DNA of 64,000 bases from Proteromonas lacertae (lineage: Eukaryota): NCBI GenBank assembly GCA_002245135.1, contig NGBS01001164.1, positions 62,001-126,000 on the forward strand, read 5' to 3'. The notes beneath the pieces were generated by a model. The model saw nothing but the letters and a program-made list of their open reading frames with translations, was not told where the DNA came from and did no database searches. The translations under genes were made by a program, and so were the position numbers. Within the stretch, counting starts at the first letter, position 1. The number at the start of each line of letters is the position of its first letter. Below are positions 25,786 to 38,134 of this stretch, one piece after another.

Positions 25786-26899
25786 TTAATCATAATAATA
25801 TCTATCATCATTTCTATCTGATGGAGAATAACATCGACGATGAGAATAATGATGATAGTGGTGGTGATGGTTGCTGCTACTGCTACTTCTATGTTCATGA
25901 TAATGTTTATGAATTGATTTGGATCTTATCACTTCAGGACGATTAGGAGATCTACACTTCTCAAAAATAGTGTTTCTTTCATTTTCTTCTTCATTTTCTT
26001 CTTCTTCTTTATTATTATTATAACTAATATAATCATCAAGGTTAATATTACTTTTTTTCTCATCATTGTACTTCAATCTTTTTTCTTTTAACTCTTCTAT
26101 TTTCTGTTTCACAAGTATATAAGCGTTATGGATCTTCCCATTAAAATGATCAATTAATCTCCTATATAATATATACATTAGCATATATATATATATACGA
26201 TTTACTATCAGTAATATCTAATATTGCTCCACATACATCACATATTTTCAACTTCTCACTCGCATTTGCAGTATGAGGATTGGGTAATTTCTTGGATAAT
26301 TTAATCAAATATTCAGCTTGCAAAATATACTTCTGGCGTTTCAATTTGTCTAACAAGGAAATGAGATAATCAGTTTCATCTACTTGGCCTTCTTCTGATG
26401 CTTGTTCCACCTTTACTTTTAGTTGTTCAATCTGTTTAATAATCTGTTTTACTTCATCACAATCTTCTACTTTTACCACTTCCAACTGACTTTTATCTGT
26501 CACTTTATGCTGTCCTCTCTATTTAGATATAGATAGAAAGAAAGAGATGATTATACACTCATTTTTATATCACAAGTATTCTTTACACAGTTTAATGTAA
26601 TTTCGAAATCATTGAAATACTGTTGATAATCATGACTTCGTGATGCAACAATGAATCTATTGTGATAATAAGGATGTATATAGGTTATACTGTTGCCTGA
26701 GACTGGGATCGTGTATTAAATCACAATTACCTACATTTAATTTGGTGTTGGCAAATAATTGGAGTGGACAGAATGCGCATAGATAGCTCTTACACACAGA
26801 TTTATCTCTAAAATCCTATACAACATAAGATAATGCAATATATACAGTAACAGTGTGATTTCCTAGCAAGGCATTTAATAATTCCCTTTGGGCTTCCAT
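25786..26899 (-). CDS. LUC7: U1 snRNP-associated LUC7-like protein
   Basis: MEAQRELLNALLG..VCKSYLCAFCP..LF.NTK..G.C..IHD; KLKICDVCGAIL..RRLIDHFNGKIHNAY. Confidence 0.9.
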
Positions 26900-27298
26900 G
26901 TTTATTGTATAATAATATTATAAATAAGTGTATGATAGTAAAACTAGATAAGAAGTAGTATTACTACTGAAGCTTGATGATGGCGGGCTGAAGAAGTCCA
27001 AAAAGGATTTATTTTGATTGGTTGTTTCACAACTACAGATCACTATTTGAAACTGCCGTGACGTCAATGCAGTAATCATCTAGTTTGGCATATAAAACAT
27101 ATTTGCGCTTAATTCTGAAGTGATATTCGAAAAATCATCCTCATAATCAGCGAAGATTAAATGGTTTAATAGTTGCATCGACTTTTTATTTGCACAGAAC
27201 TGCATATTGCACATCTATTTGACCAACTGCCCTTGCATTCAGCCTCATTTCGGAAATGAAAAATTAAATATATCCGTTTCATAATTTCTTTTTTGAAA

Positions 27299-28667
27299 AT
27301 GAATAGAGAAAAGTCTGAGAGGAGAGTTATAACAATATCAAATATCAGTAAATCTGCATACCTTAAAGAACGCGATAGTTTTCTAAGACATATGAAGACA
27401 AATCAGTATAATTTCTGCTTGTTTTATATTAGCAATGATATTCCATGCATATTTTATAGATATGACCCAGTATATTCTGAAATGATGTTTATATTTTCCT
27501 CTGAAAAAGATGCGAGATGTATTTTTTCTGTTTTTATCATATTATAGTCATTGGAACAGAAGTTGGTCATCATTTTACTAGAAGCAATATATATTTAACA
27601 TCAGTCTACACTCAATGTGATGGTATTATATAAAATTTTAGTTATATTTTGTATAGAATTAATGCTTGATCAATTGAACGATATAGTATTATTAAATATT
27701 TAATATATACAATAGAGACAAAAGGAAACTGATATATTAAGACAATTACTATTTGCAAGACAAGAAAGTCATTCAAAATATGAAATATTATATAACTGTA
27801 TGCAGCTGAAATCACCAAAACCGGATGTAAGTGTATTACCACCATTAACAAACCCATTACTTTATTTACCTCTCCAATATGGCACACCTGAGGAAAATAA
27901 TGAAAATAATCACATTAACAGCAATATAGAAGAAGATAAGATGTTTAAAAGAGCTGGAGGGATTATAACACCAACAAGAGCAACTCATCAAGATATAGTA
28001 GTAGAAGAAGAAGAAAATGAAAATATAATAAGTAGCGATGGCAATTATAATGAAGATGATAATGTCCAGAAGTTACCAGAAGATGATTTCAATACATCCC
28101 TCGCTTCACATCCATTAATGACGGTTAATCCATTACAATCAACAAATTATAAAGATGATAATAGTAAAACAGGGAGAAAAAGAGGAAGACCTTCTAAGAA
28201 TAGTAAATGCAGTATCTCATCAATAACATCAACACCTCCAAGAAAGTCAATATCATCAGTATCAAATTATGAATCACCTAATTTGAGACATTCTGATAGA
28301 TTATCAACTAGTAATACTACTCCAATAACACCAACAAGAACTATAACTGCAAATAGTAATGCTTTAACAAATACTCCAGTTAGTAGTAATAATGATAAAA
28401 CAATAAAGCGAAAATCAGCTGATTGTATATTATTTATTATTAATTATTATAGACATATCACCAAAGAAAAGAAGTAAAAATAAAGGAGTATATGAGGTTG
28501 AGAAAATACTTGATAAAAGAATTATTAAAGATAAAATTGAGTATAAAGTTCATTGGAAAGGTTATACATCAGAGGATGATACTTGGGAACCTGTTAATAA
28601 CTTTTTGGATGTGACAATTATAACTAATTATGAAGATCAATTGGCAAAGAAAGAAAAAGAATTATAA
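27299..28667 (+). CDS. AT-hook + C-terminal chromodomain protein
   Basis: Five short introns give a continuous frame; RKRGRPSK; final exon YEVEKILDKRIIKDKIEYKVHWKGYTSEDDTWEPVNN. Confidence 0.75.
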
Positions 28668-28772
28668 ATGTTTTTTTATATACATAAATTTCTCATTTTC
28701 TCTTTTTATGGGGAAAAGAATAAAAAAACATTATTCAATAAATATATTTTACTATTATATAATACAATTTTC

Positions 28773-30463
28773 TTATTTTATTTTATCTAATTGTGATCCA
28801 ATTAATGATCCAATAAATATACCAACTTGAATATCAGTAGACATAATAAATCCACCATATTCATATTCAACTTTCTCCAACTATAACAATAATAATATCA
28901 AATATATACTGGATTTGATGAAAGCATCATTGCACAACTTCCACAATAACCTGTTGAGAATGCTAATAACATATCAAATATAAACAACCACACAGATGGA
29001 ATGATTGCTTTTAATGTCAATATAAAGAATGGAATACAACATATTCTGATTATTATAATTATCTAATTTATTACATTAAATATTATATAATTATGTAATT
29101 ATACACCTATTATCATTGGTTTAATACAATATTTCCCAGATGAATATCTACCAATACAATCCATTGTACAATGTGCCGTAATTAAAAATACAGTAAACCA
29201 TCCATTATTAAACACATCTTTACCCATTGAATCATCATAATCAGTATTGGATAAGATTGCAGGATATACAATTGAATTTTCAGCAAATATTAATGTGATA
29301 CATAATATGTAATACCACTCTTTTACTAACACACGACAAAATGATGGTTCATCTTTCTATTCATAATAATAATTATAATATTCAAATACATAAAAATGAG
29401 ATGTGATTTCTTTGGGACTTGCTTCAGGAATATTGGTTATATTTTCATTAGTTTTATTCTCTAGTTGTTGCTCGTTTACTTCTTCCTTTTCTAATTGAGT
29501 TGGTTGTTTTTCATTCAGAGATATTTTACTCAATGACACAGTAAATTGCATTGGTTGTGATAGAGTTGTAGTGGTTGTTGTTGTTGTTGTAACATTAGTT
29601 GGAGATGGCATTGGAGTATTATGAACAGATTCTTCATCATGAAATGTTAATGGAGTTTTTAAACTGATAGCAGACACATCATTATCCATTAAATTAGGTC
29701 TATTATCTTCATTGATTATTCCACTCTTTCTCAATTGATGATTGGACGGAAATGAGATTGATTGAGGTGGCGGCTCATTTTCTATCTTGAATTTCCAATA
29801 AGGGACAACCAACGGATCCTTACCAAGATAATACATTGCAACGAAACAAAATACATTATAAACAAATGCAGAACCAAAATAGATATAGCCACTAATTACA
29901 TTTCCATCATAGTCTGAAGCTACTGCTGCTTTTGATATTAATCTTAAAGCTGCTGTAATAACTCCTGATACAGCAATACCTAACATAGATGCTTGAGTGA
30001 TAGAAGGATCGAGATGATCGGTTAATGCAAACATTGTACATTGTTGAAATACAGATACAATACCTACAATAAACGATAGACAATATGTTATCCATAAAGT
30101 AGCCGTATCTGATTTAAAAAAGTGAATAAGAGGATAGCAAACATCTAAAATAGCTATTATTACAAATCCAAGATATAAACGTGCAGATACACTTAGACAC
30201 TTGGAAAATCTATTAGTATAAAAACATTTTAAATATAATATAAAAGATACTTTAACATTATCAAACAAACAGGAACAGCTGGAATAGATGCAATAAGCGA
30301 AATATAAAACATCACATCATGGTCTGGCAGAATGGCATTAAAATAATCACCTGCACCAAATATAGCGTATGTAGGGAACATTATCCTTAGATGATAAAAA
30401 AGAAAATATATACCCACATGCTACAGCTAGCATATTCCAGTAGATAACTCGAAGAGAATTCAT
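28773..30463 (-). CDS. Equilibrative nucleoside transporter (ENT/SLC29)
   Basis: Multi-TM protein; G.MFP..IFGAGDYF, TQASMLGIAVSG, IVYPA, MDCIGR, AFSTGYCGSCAMM; large central loop. Confidence 0.85.
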
Positions 30464-30552
30464 AACACAAAAAAGTCAAGCCGAGCTTCATTTTGACAGT
30501 TAACAATTACATAAATTACACAGTTTTTATTTTTATTAATAACTCCATCAAT

Positions 30553-30811
30553 ATGATAGGAAAAGTCTTATTTTTTGTTGCAGGTATATATGTAGGTCAA
30601 AATTACAAAGTTCCGCTTGTCAACGATGCTGTGAAGATGGGAGAAGAAAAGATTAAATCTGGACCTTATGTATTCGACTATTAGTTGTCATATTCTGTTT
30701 ATAGTTGGAAAAATATCAAAAAGTACAGAATTTTATTCAACAAGTATATTGATTATTATAATAATCTGTAATTAGGCGAAGGAAATAGGAGTAACACTCA
30801 TTAAAGAATAG
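30553..30811 (+). CDS. Short transmembrane mitochondrial protein (STMP1/DUF4535-like), about 63 aa, 2 introns
   Basis: LFFVAGIYVGQNYKVP matches the recalled G.Y.AQNY.(I/V)P signature; the spliced frame ends at TAG 30809-30811. Confidence 0.65.
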
Positions 30812-30951
30812 ATTTATGTGTGTTTCAATTTTGTTTCATGATAATTATTTAGTTATTTATATTTTTGCTCATACTTTTGTATTTAGCTGTGTGTTATATT
30901 TTATAGACATAACAATTTAGGGAAAAATATAGAGTAAATTACTAAATTAAT

Positions 30952-32566
30952 TTATTTTCCAACCTCTTCTATATTCTTTATAAACATTTTCGCATTTGGA
31001 ACAAGATCAGCGTCTTTAACAGTCATACTATTATCAGTATACGCTTTATTAGGATAAGCAGTTCTTAATTCATAAGGAACTGCATTATCTATTCGATATT
31101 TATCTAATGCGTCTCTAATATCACCAATTGTATTTGAATAATACAATTTCAACATCAAAGTCTGTTTACCATCACCAGATTTTATTCTTAGAGTAGTAAT
31201 CTGTTGATCTTTTTTAACACAATCATTCTGAATATCTAATAATGCTTGTGAAGGTAGAATTATTGTTCCATCTTCAGAACCAGTTGCAATTGGTTTTGGT
31301 GAGTCTGTAGCTGATGATGAATCATTACTACTTCCACCTTTAAGATGTTTAGCAATAGAATCTCTAATGTCAATAATTTGACCATCTTGAATAGCTGTTG
31401 GTGGTAATCGACTGAGAAATTCTTCACGAGTCATCTTCAAATCTTTATCTCCCATATTGGCTAATGATCTAATATTACTATGATTATTATTGCTATTATC
31501 TGATTTATTACCTAATCTTTGACCTTCACTTTCATCATTCAATGCTGCATCTGTTGGTGATTGTTCATATATTTCTGTACTTCTATTATCCACTTCAAAT
31601 GGAACTCCATCTGGATGTGATTTCTTATATTCATATGGGAAGTATCCATCTAATATATCGGTGATAAATCTTTGGGTTGATTTATCGGAATAAGGTCTAA
31701 ATGGTCCTCTTCTAATGAGAATACCATTTTTATAAATTCTAATAGGGATTGCTTCTTCAAAGACAAATTTTGCTTGATTTCCTTCTTTCTTCATCTATTC
31801 AATAGCAAAATATAAAAATATTAAAAAAATACTTTTGGTTTTCCTGCACCAGCTACTAAGTTAAGATCATTAAATCTTTTGAATAACAATTTAAAATCAA
31901 TTGGAAATTCATCTGGATTCGCTTTAGGTTTATCATCATCATCATCTCTTTTTTTATCTCCAACCCAAACTAAGCCATAATCATTTAAGAATTTCTCCAT
32001 ATCGGATACTTGTTTTCTGAGTCTGAAGTTTTCTTTCATCAATGTTTCATAGGATGCGACTTCTTCAGTTGATAGATTATTGGCTTTTAATTGAGCTTCT
32101 AATGCTGCTACTTTTCTTTTATAAGACAGTAACTCTTTTTCTTTGGTAATTACTTCTTCTCTAATAATAATTATTATTATGTATATAATCATACCTCATT
32201 TTTCTATAGGCTGCTTCTAACTGTGATAATCTAGATGCCATTGAAGAAACAAGGCCATTCGTATCTGTTACTGAGGATGGTGGGCCATGTGAATTTGAAC
32301 GAGATGGTGCATTTGGAATTGCTCCACCTGGTGGTAAAACCTATATTCTATTAATATTTCTTACTATACACTACTAACAATTTTCTTTCTGATTGGTTTG
32401 TCAATATCTATTAACTAATAATATTTTTATTAATACCAGGTATCTTCTTCTTAATATCTTCGATTAAATCACTAAAATGTAAATTTCAAATATACTGTTG
32501 AGGATTATATTTAGGTATAACTATCCCAGCACCATTACGAGGCGCATCCCACTTTTTATCTGCCAT
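30952..32566 (-). CDS. UBXN11: UBX domain protein 11 (coiled coil, SEP, UBX)
   Basis: MEKFLNDYGLVWVG; IYKNGILIRRGPFRPY..FITDILDGYFPYE..PDGVPF; C-terminal UBX ELRTAYPNK..LVPNA. Confidence 0.85.
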
Positions 32567-32665
32567 TAAAAATTGAAAAACTGAAATAAAGGCTTGAAAG
32601 CTTGATTTTTTTCAATTTTCATATCTCTTAAGATAGTCATCAAAATTTATTGCAAATAATTTGTA

Positions 32666-33712
32666 ATGGCTCTTGCTTTACCAATAATTGTGGTTCTTAT
32701 AATATTGTCAACTGTAGCTCTACTTATTTTTACTTTCCCATATATTATGAATCCATATAGTTCAAACTTAAGAAATTCAGATAAATTAAATGGCATTAAT
32801 CCTTCTAAAGACAATGCATTAACTATTTCTTTTAATGAATTATATTCGAAGAGTTGGTCCAAATTAAAGGAAGTTATACCCAAATGTAAAACATCTATAC
32901 TAGATTGTCCAAAAATAGAGGATATAATCCCTAATCCACCCAGAGTTGATATTGATAAAACTGATGAAATATATAAAGAACCATTCAAAGCAATAATTGA
33001 ACCACCTAAAGAAGATAATATAAATATGTTAGTTGTAATACCAGTAAGTCCATGCCAAGTAATGATGAGAGCTATAGCTAGACATACATATATGAAAACA
33101 AAAACTGTTGGTGATTTAAAGTTCAAGTATATGTTTATAATTGGCAGACCAAATACTCCTGCTTATACAATGGATTTATTAAAACAAGAAAATGATGTGT
33201 TTCATGATTTATTAGTGTTTGATTATTATAATGATTATAGAAACTTAACCATAATGATGTTATCTACATTCAAATACACTCTTGATAATTATCCAAATAT
33301 AAAATATTTAATTAGATGTAATGGAGATGCAATATTCTTCCCAGAGAAATTCACAGATTATTATCAAACTGATTATTTGTTTATAGCTCAGCGTGGATTT
33401 GATCCTGAAAGAAAATTACCATTTCCAGATGCAGCTTTCTTCTTCTTATCAAAGAAATTCATGTCAATTATGCTTGAACAAAGTAAGATTGTTAGGCCTT
33501 TAATATGGAGAGATGATTTTTGGTTTAGTCGTGTATTGGAAAGAATTAAAGCTACTGGTTATAAATGGGATGGTGAAACTCACTTTGAAGTTTATTCTAA
33601 TTCAAGCATACTTACTGGAAGTATAGAATATTATGCTTATCATCCTATAACTGAAGGACAGATTGCAGCTATATACTTAAATAGGAATAAATTAGAGAAA
33701 TTTGATGATTAA
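32666..33712 (+). CDS. GT31-like (beta-1,3-galactosyltransferase family) type II membrane protein, intronless
   Basis: N-terminal TM; R.IARHTY, FIIGR, LKQENDVFHDLL, DYRNLT. DxD-region is RCNGD and the acceptor motif is DDFW, both divergent. Confidence 0.75.
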   Translation: MALALPIIVVLIILSTVALLIFTFPYIMNPYSSNLRNSDKLNGINPSKDNALTISFNELYSKSWSKLKEVIPKCKTSILDCPKIEDIIPNPPRVDIDKTDEIYKEPFKAIIEPPKEDNINMLVVIPVSPCQVMMRAIARHTYMKTKTVGDLKFKYMFIIGRPNTPAYTMDLLKQENDVFHDLLVFDYYNDYRNLTIMMLSTFKYTLDNYPNIKYLIRCNGDAIFFPEKFTDYYQTDYLFIAQRGFDPERKLPFPDAAFFFLSKKFMSIMLEQSKIVRPLIWRDDFWFSRVLERIKATGYKWDGETHFEVYSNSSILTGSIEYYAYHPITEGQIAAIYLNRNKLEKFDD

Positions 33713-34119
33713 TTCAAATTGTGTAATTTAATGAATTCTAAATAGTTATTTATATAATACAACATTCAAGCAGCACATTTATAAATACTAAATATGATAT
33801 AACAATCATAACAAAAATTTAAGATTATAGTTATAAAGACAAATAAATCACTTCTTCTTCAATAATGCTGATAAAATAATGTAATAATAACACTTAAATA
33901 GTTTTAAATGATTAATTAAGTGATGACGTGTCTCATTCCAGCTCAACATAAGTTTCATACTAAATTAATTTGATTGATAAAATCGATTTAAAAAAAAACA
34001 ACATGCTACATGGTACTTTTATAAAAATCATTTCAGTTGATCTGTTACACATTTCACTCTACGAAATTTTTAGTTCACTTTTCATTATTTTTATTAATCA
34101 TTATCCTAAAAAAAATCAA

Positions 34120-35145
34120 ATGTCATTTATGTGGATTATTGGAGTTTCTATTGCCATATTTGATACATTTCTTGGTACTATAGGCAAACAATGGATGAAG
34201 CTTAGTCACACTCAGTTCAGTAAAGGGTTGGTTTATAAGTCAAGAATAACATTATTAGCAGCAGGTTGCTTTGTCATGGTTTTAAATCCACTACTGTCTC
34301 TAGTCTCTTACTATTTCGCATCTCCAGTATATTTTCCCTTATATCGTTAATAGTCTATACTAGCACCATTCAGTGGCTGTACTATACTCTGGAATATGGC
34401 TCTCTGTCCATTTGTAGTAGGTGAACACATCACTTTACACGAATTTTTCGGTTGTCTGTTTATAGTTGCTGGAATAGCTATTGTCTGTGGATCAGCTGAC
34501 CATACAGAAGTAAAATATGATACAAAAATACTGATCGAACTATGTAGAAGAAGAAAATTTGATATATTTATATCAATCTTCGGTGTATTGATTCTAATAC
34601 TGCTTGCCATTATTTGTTTGCCAAAGAGATATAGAACTCGTAATGAAAGAGTAAAATATTTATGTTATGGTATTGCTAGCGGAGGTATTGGAGGTTGTCA
34701 ATTCATAATTAAGATATTTGTATGTATTATGAAAGAATGTATAAGTGATATAAAAGTATTGACCCATTTTTACACATATGCAATATTAGCAGCGACTGTT
34801 TTAGTGAGTGTCGGACAAATATATATTTTACACCGAGGATTGAGATATTTTACAGCAAAACAATTGCTACCATTATATCAAGGAACTTTTATTGTTGTAG
34901 GTTCTATCAGTGGCGTTTTGTTCTTTGAAGAATTTAAGAGAATGAAGACTTTTCAATGGGTTTTGTATCCTATTGGTTTAGTGTTTATAATATCTGGATT
35001 AGCTTACTTAACTGCATTATCCAAACATGACTCGTTAATCTTTACAGGAGAAGCAAAAGATGAAAAGAATAATGAAGTTAATTATCGTCATTTACCATTA
35101 AATAGTCATTTACCAGTAATTAATGAATCTATTATTGTAGCATAA
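34120..35145 (+). CDS. NIPA/DUF803-like magnesium transporter family membrane protein
   Basis: About nine TMs; SYYFASP|SILAPFSG, QIYILHRGLRYF..LLPLYQ..SGVLFFEEF. Confidence 0.75.
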
Positions 35146-35260
35146 ATAGGATTTCACTCCTTATTTAATTATTTACTACAATTTAATTCAAAATGTGTTT
35201 TTAAGATGTTACATATATTAAAATATATTTATATAACCTTTATATGATATTACATAGTAT

Positions 35261-35274
35261 TTTACACGTGTAAA
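35261..35274. promoter_or_regulatory. Perfect 14-bp palindrome TTTACACGTGTAAA containing an E-box, upstream of the LRR gene
   Basis: Direct reading; about 90 nt upstream of ATG 35362. Confidence 0.35.
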
Positions 35275-35361
35275 TACTTTCATATTTATGTTAATAATGT
35301 CAAACTAAAAAGAAAGCTTGAGATTTTAAATTTCTTAATTCGTTGTTTTATTAGTTGGTAT

Positions 35362-36539
35362 ATGACTGATATTTTGGATGCAAATTTCTATGGTGATACT
35401 ATTTATGTTAAACAGCTTTTAACTATGGATGAAAGGGGTGATCTGCAATTAGACAGTAGAAAATGTAAATCTTTACTGAACTGTGTTGCATTTATCAATA
35501 AAATTGTGTGCAATAATTTGTCATGTTGTGATGCAAAAGCAGTAGGTGAAGTTTTATTACTTCTTTGCACCTATTGTATAGAGGTAATTCATTTCGAATT
35601 CAATGATAATATACTGCCAGATAAATTACCTAATGGAGATATAAATGAAGACGTTAAAGATTTTTTTCAATTGATAGAAGATAGATTAAGCAATAAAATC
35701 ATGCATTTAGATTTTTCAGGATCAACCTTATTTTCTGTAATAAATTTAAATGCCATTCTAAATAAACTTCCCCAACTCATTTCCCTCAATCTATCAAAGA
35801 CAAATATAGTACAATTACTGTCTTTAGTTACAATGAATATGCCCTTAACTAATAAAATACCAATTAATATACCAACTAATATTCAAGAATTAATTATTAG
35901 TGGTAGTTTATTATATTTTATATATATTTATTTAAATAGGTGTAAAACTACAAGATAATTATATGGAATGTTTTTTTCATAATTCTTTTAATTCACTAAT
36001 AAACTTAGATTTATCCAATAATATAATTTCAAAAAGTGTAGAAGTATTGACTAGATATAAATTTTATTCTTTACAAGGAATATCATTAGCAAGTATAATA
36101 TATTATTATATTCTTTCTTTTAGATAATTCTATTGATTCTGAATCAGGTATTTTAATAGGTAAATGGCTTAATACTTGTAAGTTATTGAGAGTTATCGAT
36201 TTATCAGGCAATAAACTATCTGATAAAGGTGTTAATGATGTTACATCAAATATTAAACAACTGAAACAGATACAGGAAATTTATTTTGCTAGTAATGGTA
36301 TTTCAGATGATGGTTTCATCAGTTTAATTACTAATTGTGGTAATTCAAAGAGTCTTGTACATATTAATGTGTCAGATAACAACATTTCTATGAAGATTGA
36401 ATTGAAGAAGAAGAATATTTTTAGGAAACTTAATATTAAAATACTGTCAATATATGGAAATCCTATTAATGATATGAATGATGCGTATGAAAAGTATTTC
36501 AAGAATTTATTGGAATTAGAAGAATTGAGAATAAAATAA
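35362..36539 (+). CDS. RNI-like leucine-rich repeat protein
   Basis: LISLNLSKT, LRVIDLSGNKLSDKG, IQEIYFASNGISDDG, LSIYGNPI; short introns. Confidence 0.75.
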
Positions 36540-36606
36540 TGTACATATATATATATCTTGTGTAAATATATATTTATGTTTAGTGTTTGAAAGAAAACAA
36601 ATATAT

Positions 36607-37188
36607 TCATAATACATATACATAAAGAACAAAATAACTAATTTCTATATATTACTTTGCAGCCTTGCAGCATTCCTATATTCGTATTCTTTCATTTTAC
36701 TATTACCAAATATTTATTATATTTACATACATAACAGTCATATTTTCATCCAATTCTACTTGAACTTCCACATCTTTGACATCACGCATACCATAAGGAC
36801 ATACGTGCCCTTTCTTAGTCTGTCCACATTTACTGCATTTGTATGGTCCTCTATATCGATCTCTATAACATAAACTATTGAATAATACGACATTACAGAA
36901 GATTTACTGTTTTTGTGTTTTCTATTTAACAACATATAATTATAAAAAAATACAAATTAGGTACATCTTCATCTTCTACTTCATTTTCTGAAGAAGCTAA
37001 TGAATGTGGTCTTTTCTCTGAATTTCCTGTGTTTTCATCGGGTGCTGACTTTCGTCTTCTTTTAGTAGGCTAGAATTGATATAAAAGTAAATAAAAACCT
37101 GTGTTGGATTTATATCATTTTTATCGCTAGTATCCGATACATTTAAATCAGGAAGTAGATTTATATTACCCTCCAATGGTTCATTCAT
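36607..37188 (-). CDS. Small protein with CxxCGxxKKGHxC zinc knuckle and basic NLS-like stretch (4 introns)
   Basis: Spliced: PTKRRRKS..RYRGPYKCSKCGQTKKGHVCPY..KDVEVQV. Largely absent from the ORF track. Confidence 0.65.
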
Positions 37189-37350
37189 TAGTAAAATGAA
37201 AAAATAAGTGAAGTAATAGAGATGAAACGAATAGATTTTTTATTTCTTATTATGAATGATAAAACTCAGATAAAACAAAAACAAAAGTATTAAAGAAAAT
37301 ACCAAAATAATAAATATTTACTAAAAGTTGTGTAGTTATTAAAAATGTGT

Positions 37351-37851
37351 CTAATGTTGAATTAAACAGTTACTCTATGGAATAATATGTATATAAAGAA
37401 TATATACGAAACATATAATACGTTTTCTCCGTTTATCAGGTATATTGACTACTTTGAATAGTTTATCAATGATTGTTTCGCTAAGAATATTCCTTAGTTG
37501 ATATTCTAAAAAAACTGTTAATGCACAAAGTTCATCTATTTTAGTATTTTCTGCAAATATGTAAATTGATTGTTCGTTCTTCATATTTTCTGCAATTTTA
37601 TTACATATAGCATAATAAGTATTCACAGTGGTAATATTAAACTCTAAAGTTGCTACGTCAAATCTGTATCTTATAATATTTATTGTTTTATCTTCTAAAA
37701 CTTGTCCAATTGAATTAATATCGCTGCGAATATAGCATATATAACAAAGACTGTGATAATTATTCAATATAAAACTGTTTGATTTAGATGAATCTGTTTC
37801 GACTATAATATTATCAGTTATATAATATGCAGAAGGTGACTTAGTTGTCAT
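37351..37851 (-). CDS. Hypothetical protein, possibly a degenerate PTEN/DSP-fold pseudophosphatase
   Basis: YYITDNIIV near the N-terminus and NIPDKRRKRIICF near the end echo PTEN motifs; no CX5R. Confidence 0.35.
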
Positions 37852-38134
37852 ATGACTTTTACAATAAATAAGACCATGAAAATATAGATATTGCGTTTGT
37901 ATTTTAATAAAAACTTGATGCACTAACTGGTGCACGCTCAAAATAAAGGCAAGTGACTAAAATATATTACTTTTTTATATTTCTATATGTGTAATTCGTT
38001 ATTCTACATAGAATGCCATAATAAAATCTCAATTTCATACACGATCTACCTAATTCATAATCACCGCTTCAAAAAAACAACAATAATAAAAACATAAAAA
38101 CTATAAAATTAAAGCTGAATATTAGTAATGTTGA

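Noticed and set aside
26975..27117. Box C/D snoRNA (TGATGA at 26975, CTGA at 26988 and 27114)
   Set aside because: No terminal stem and no convincing rRNA-complementary guide of 10 nt or more that I can verify; the C box overlaps the RGCTTGA promoter motif.
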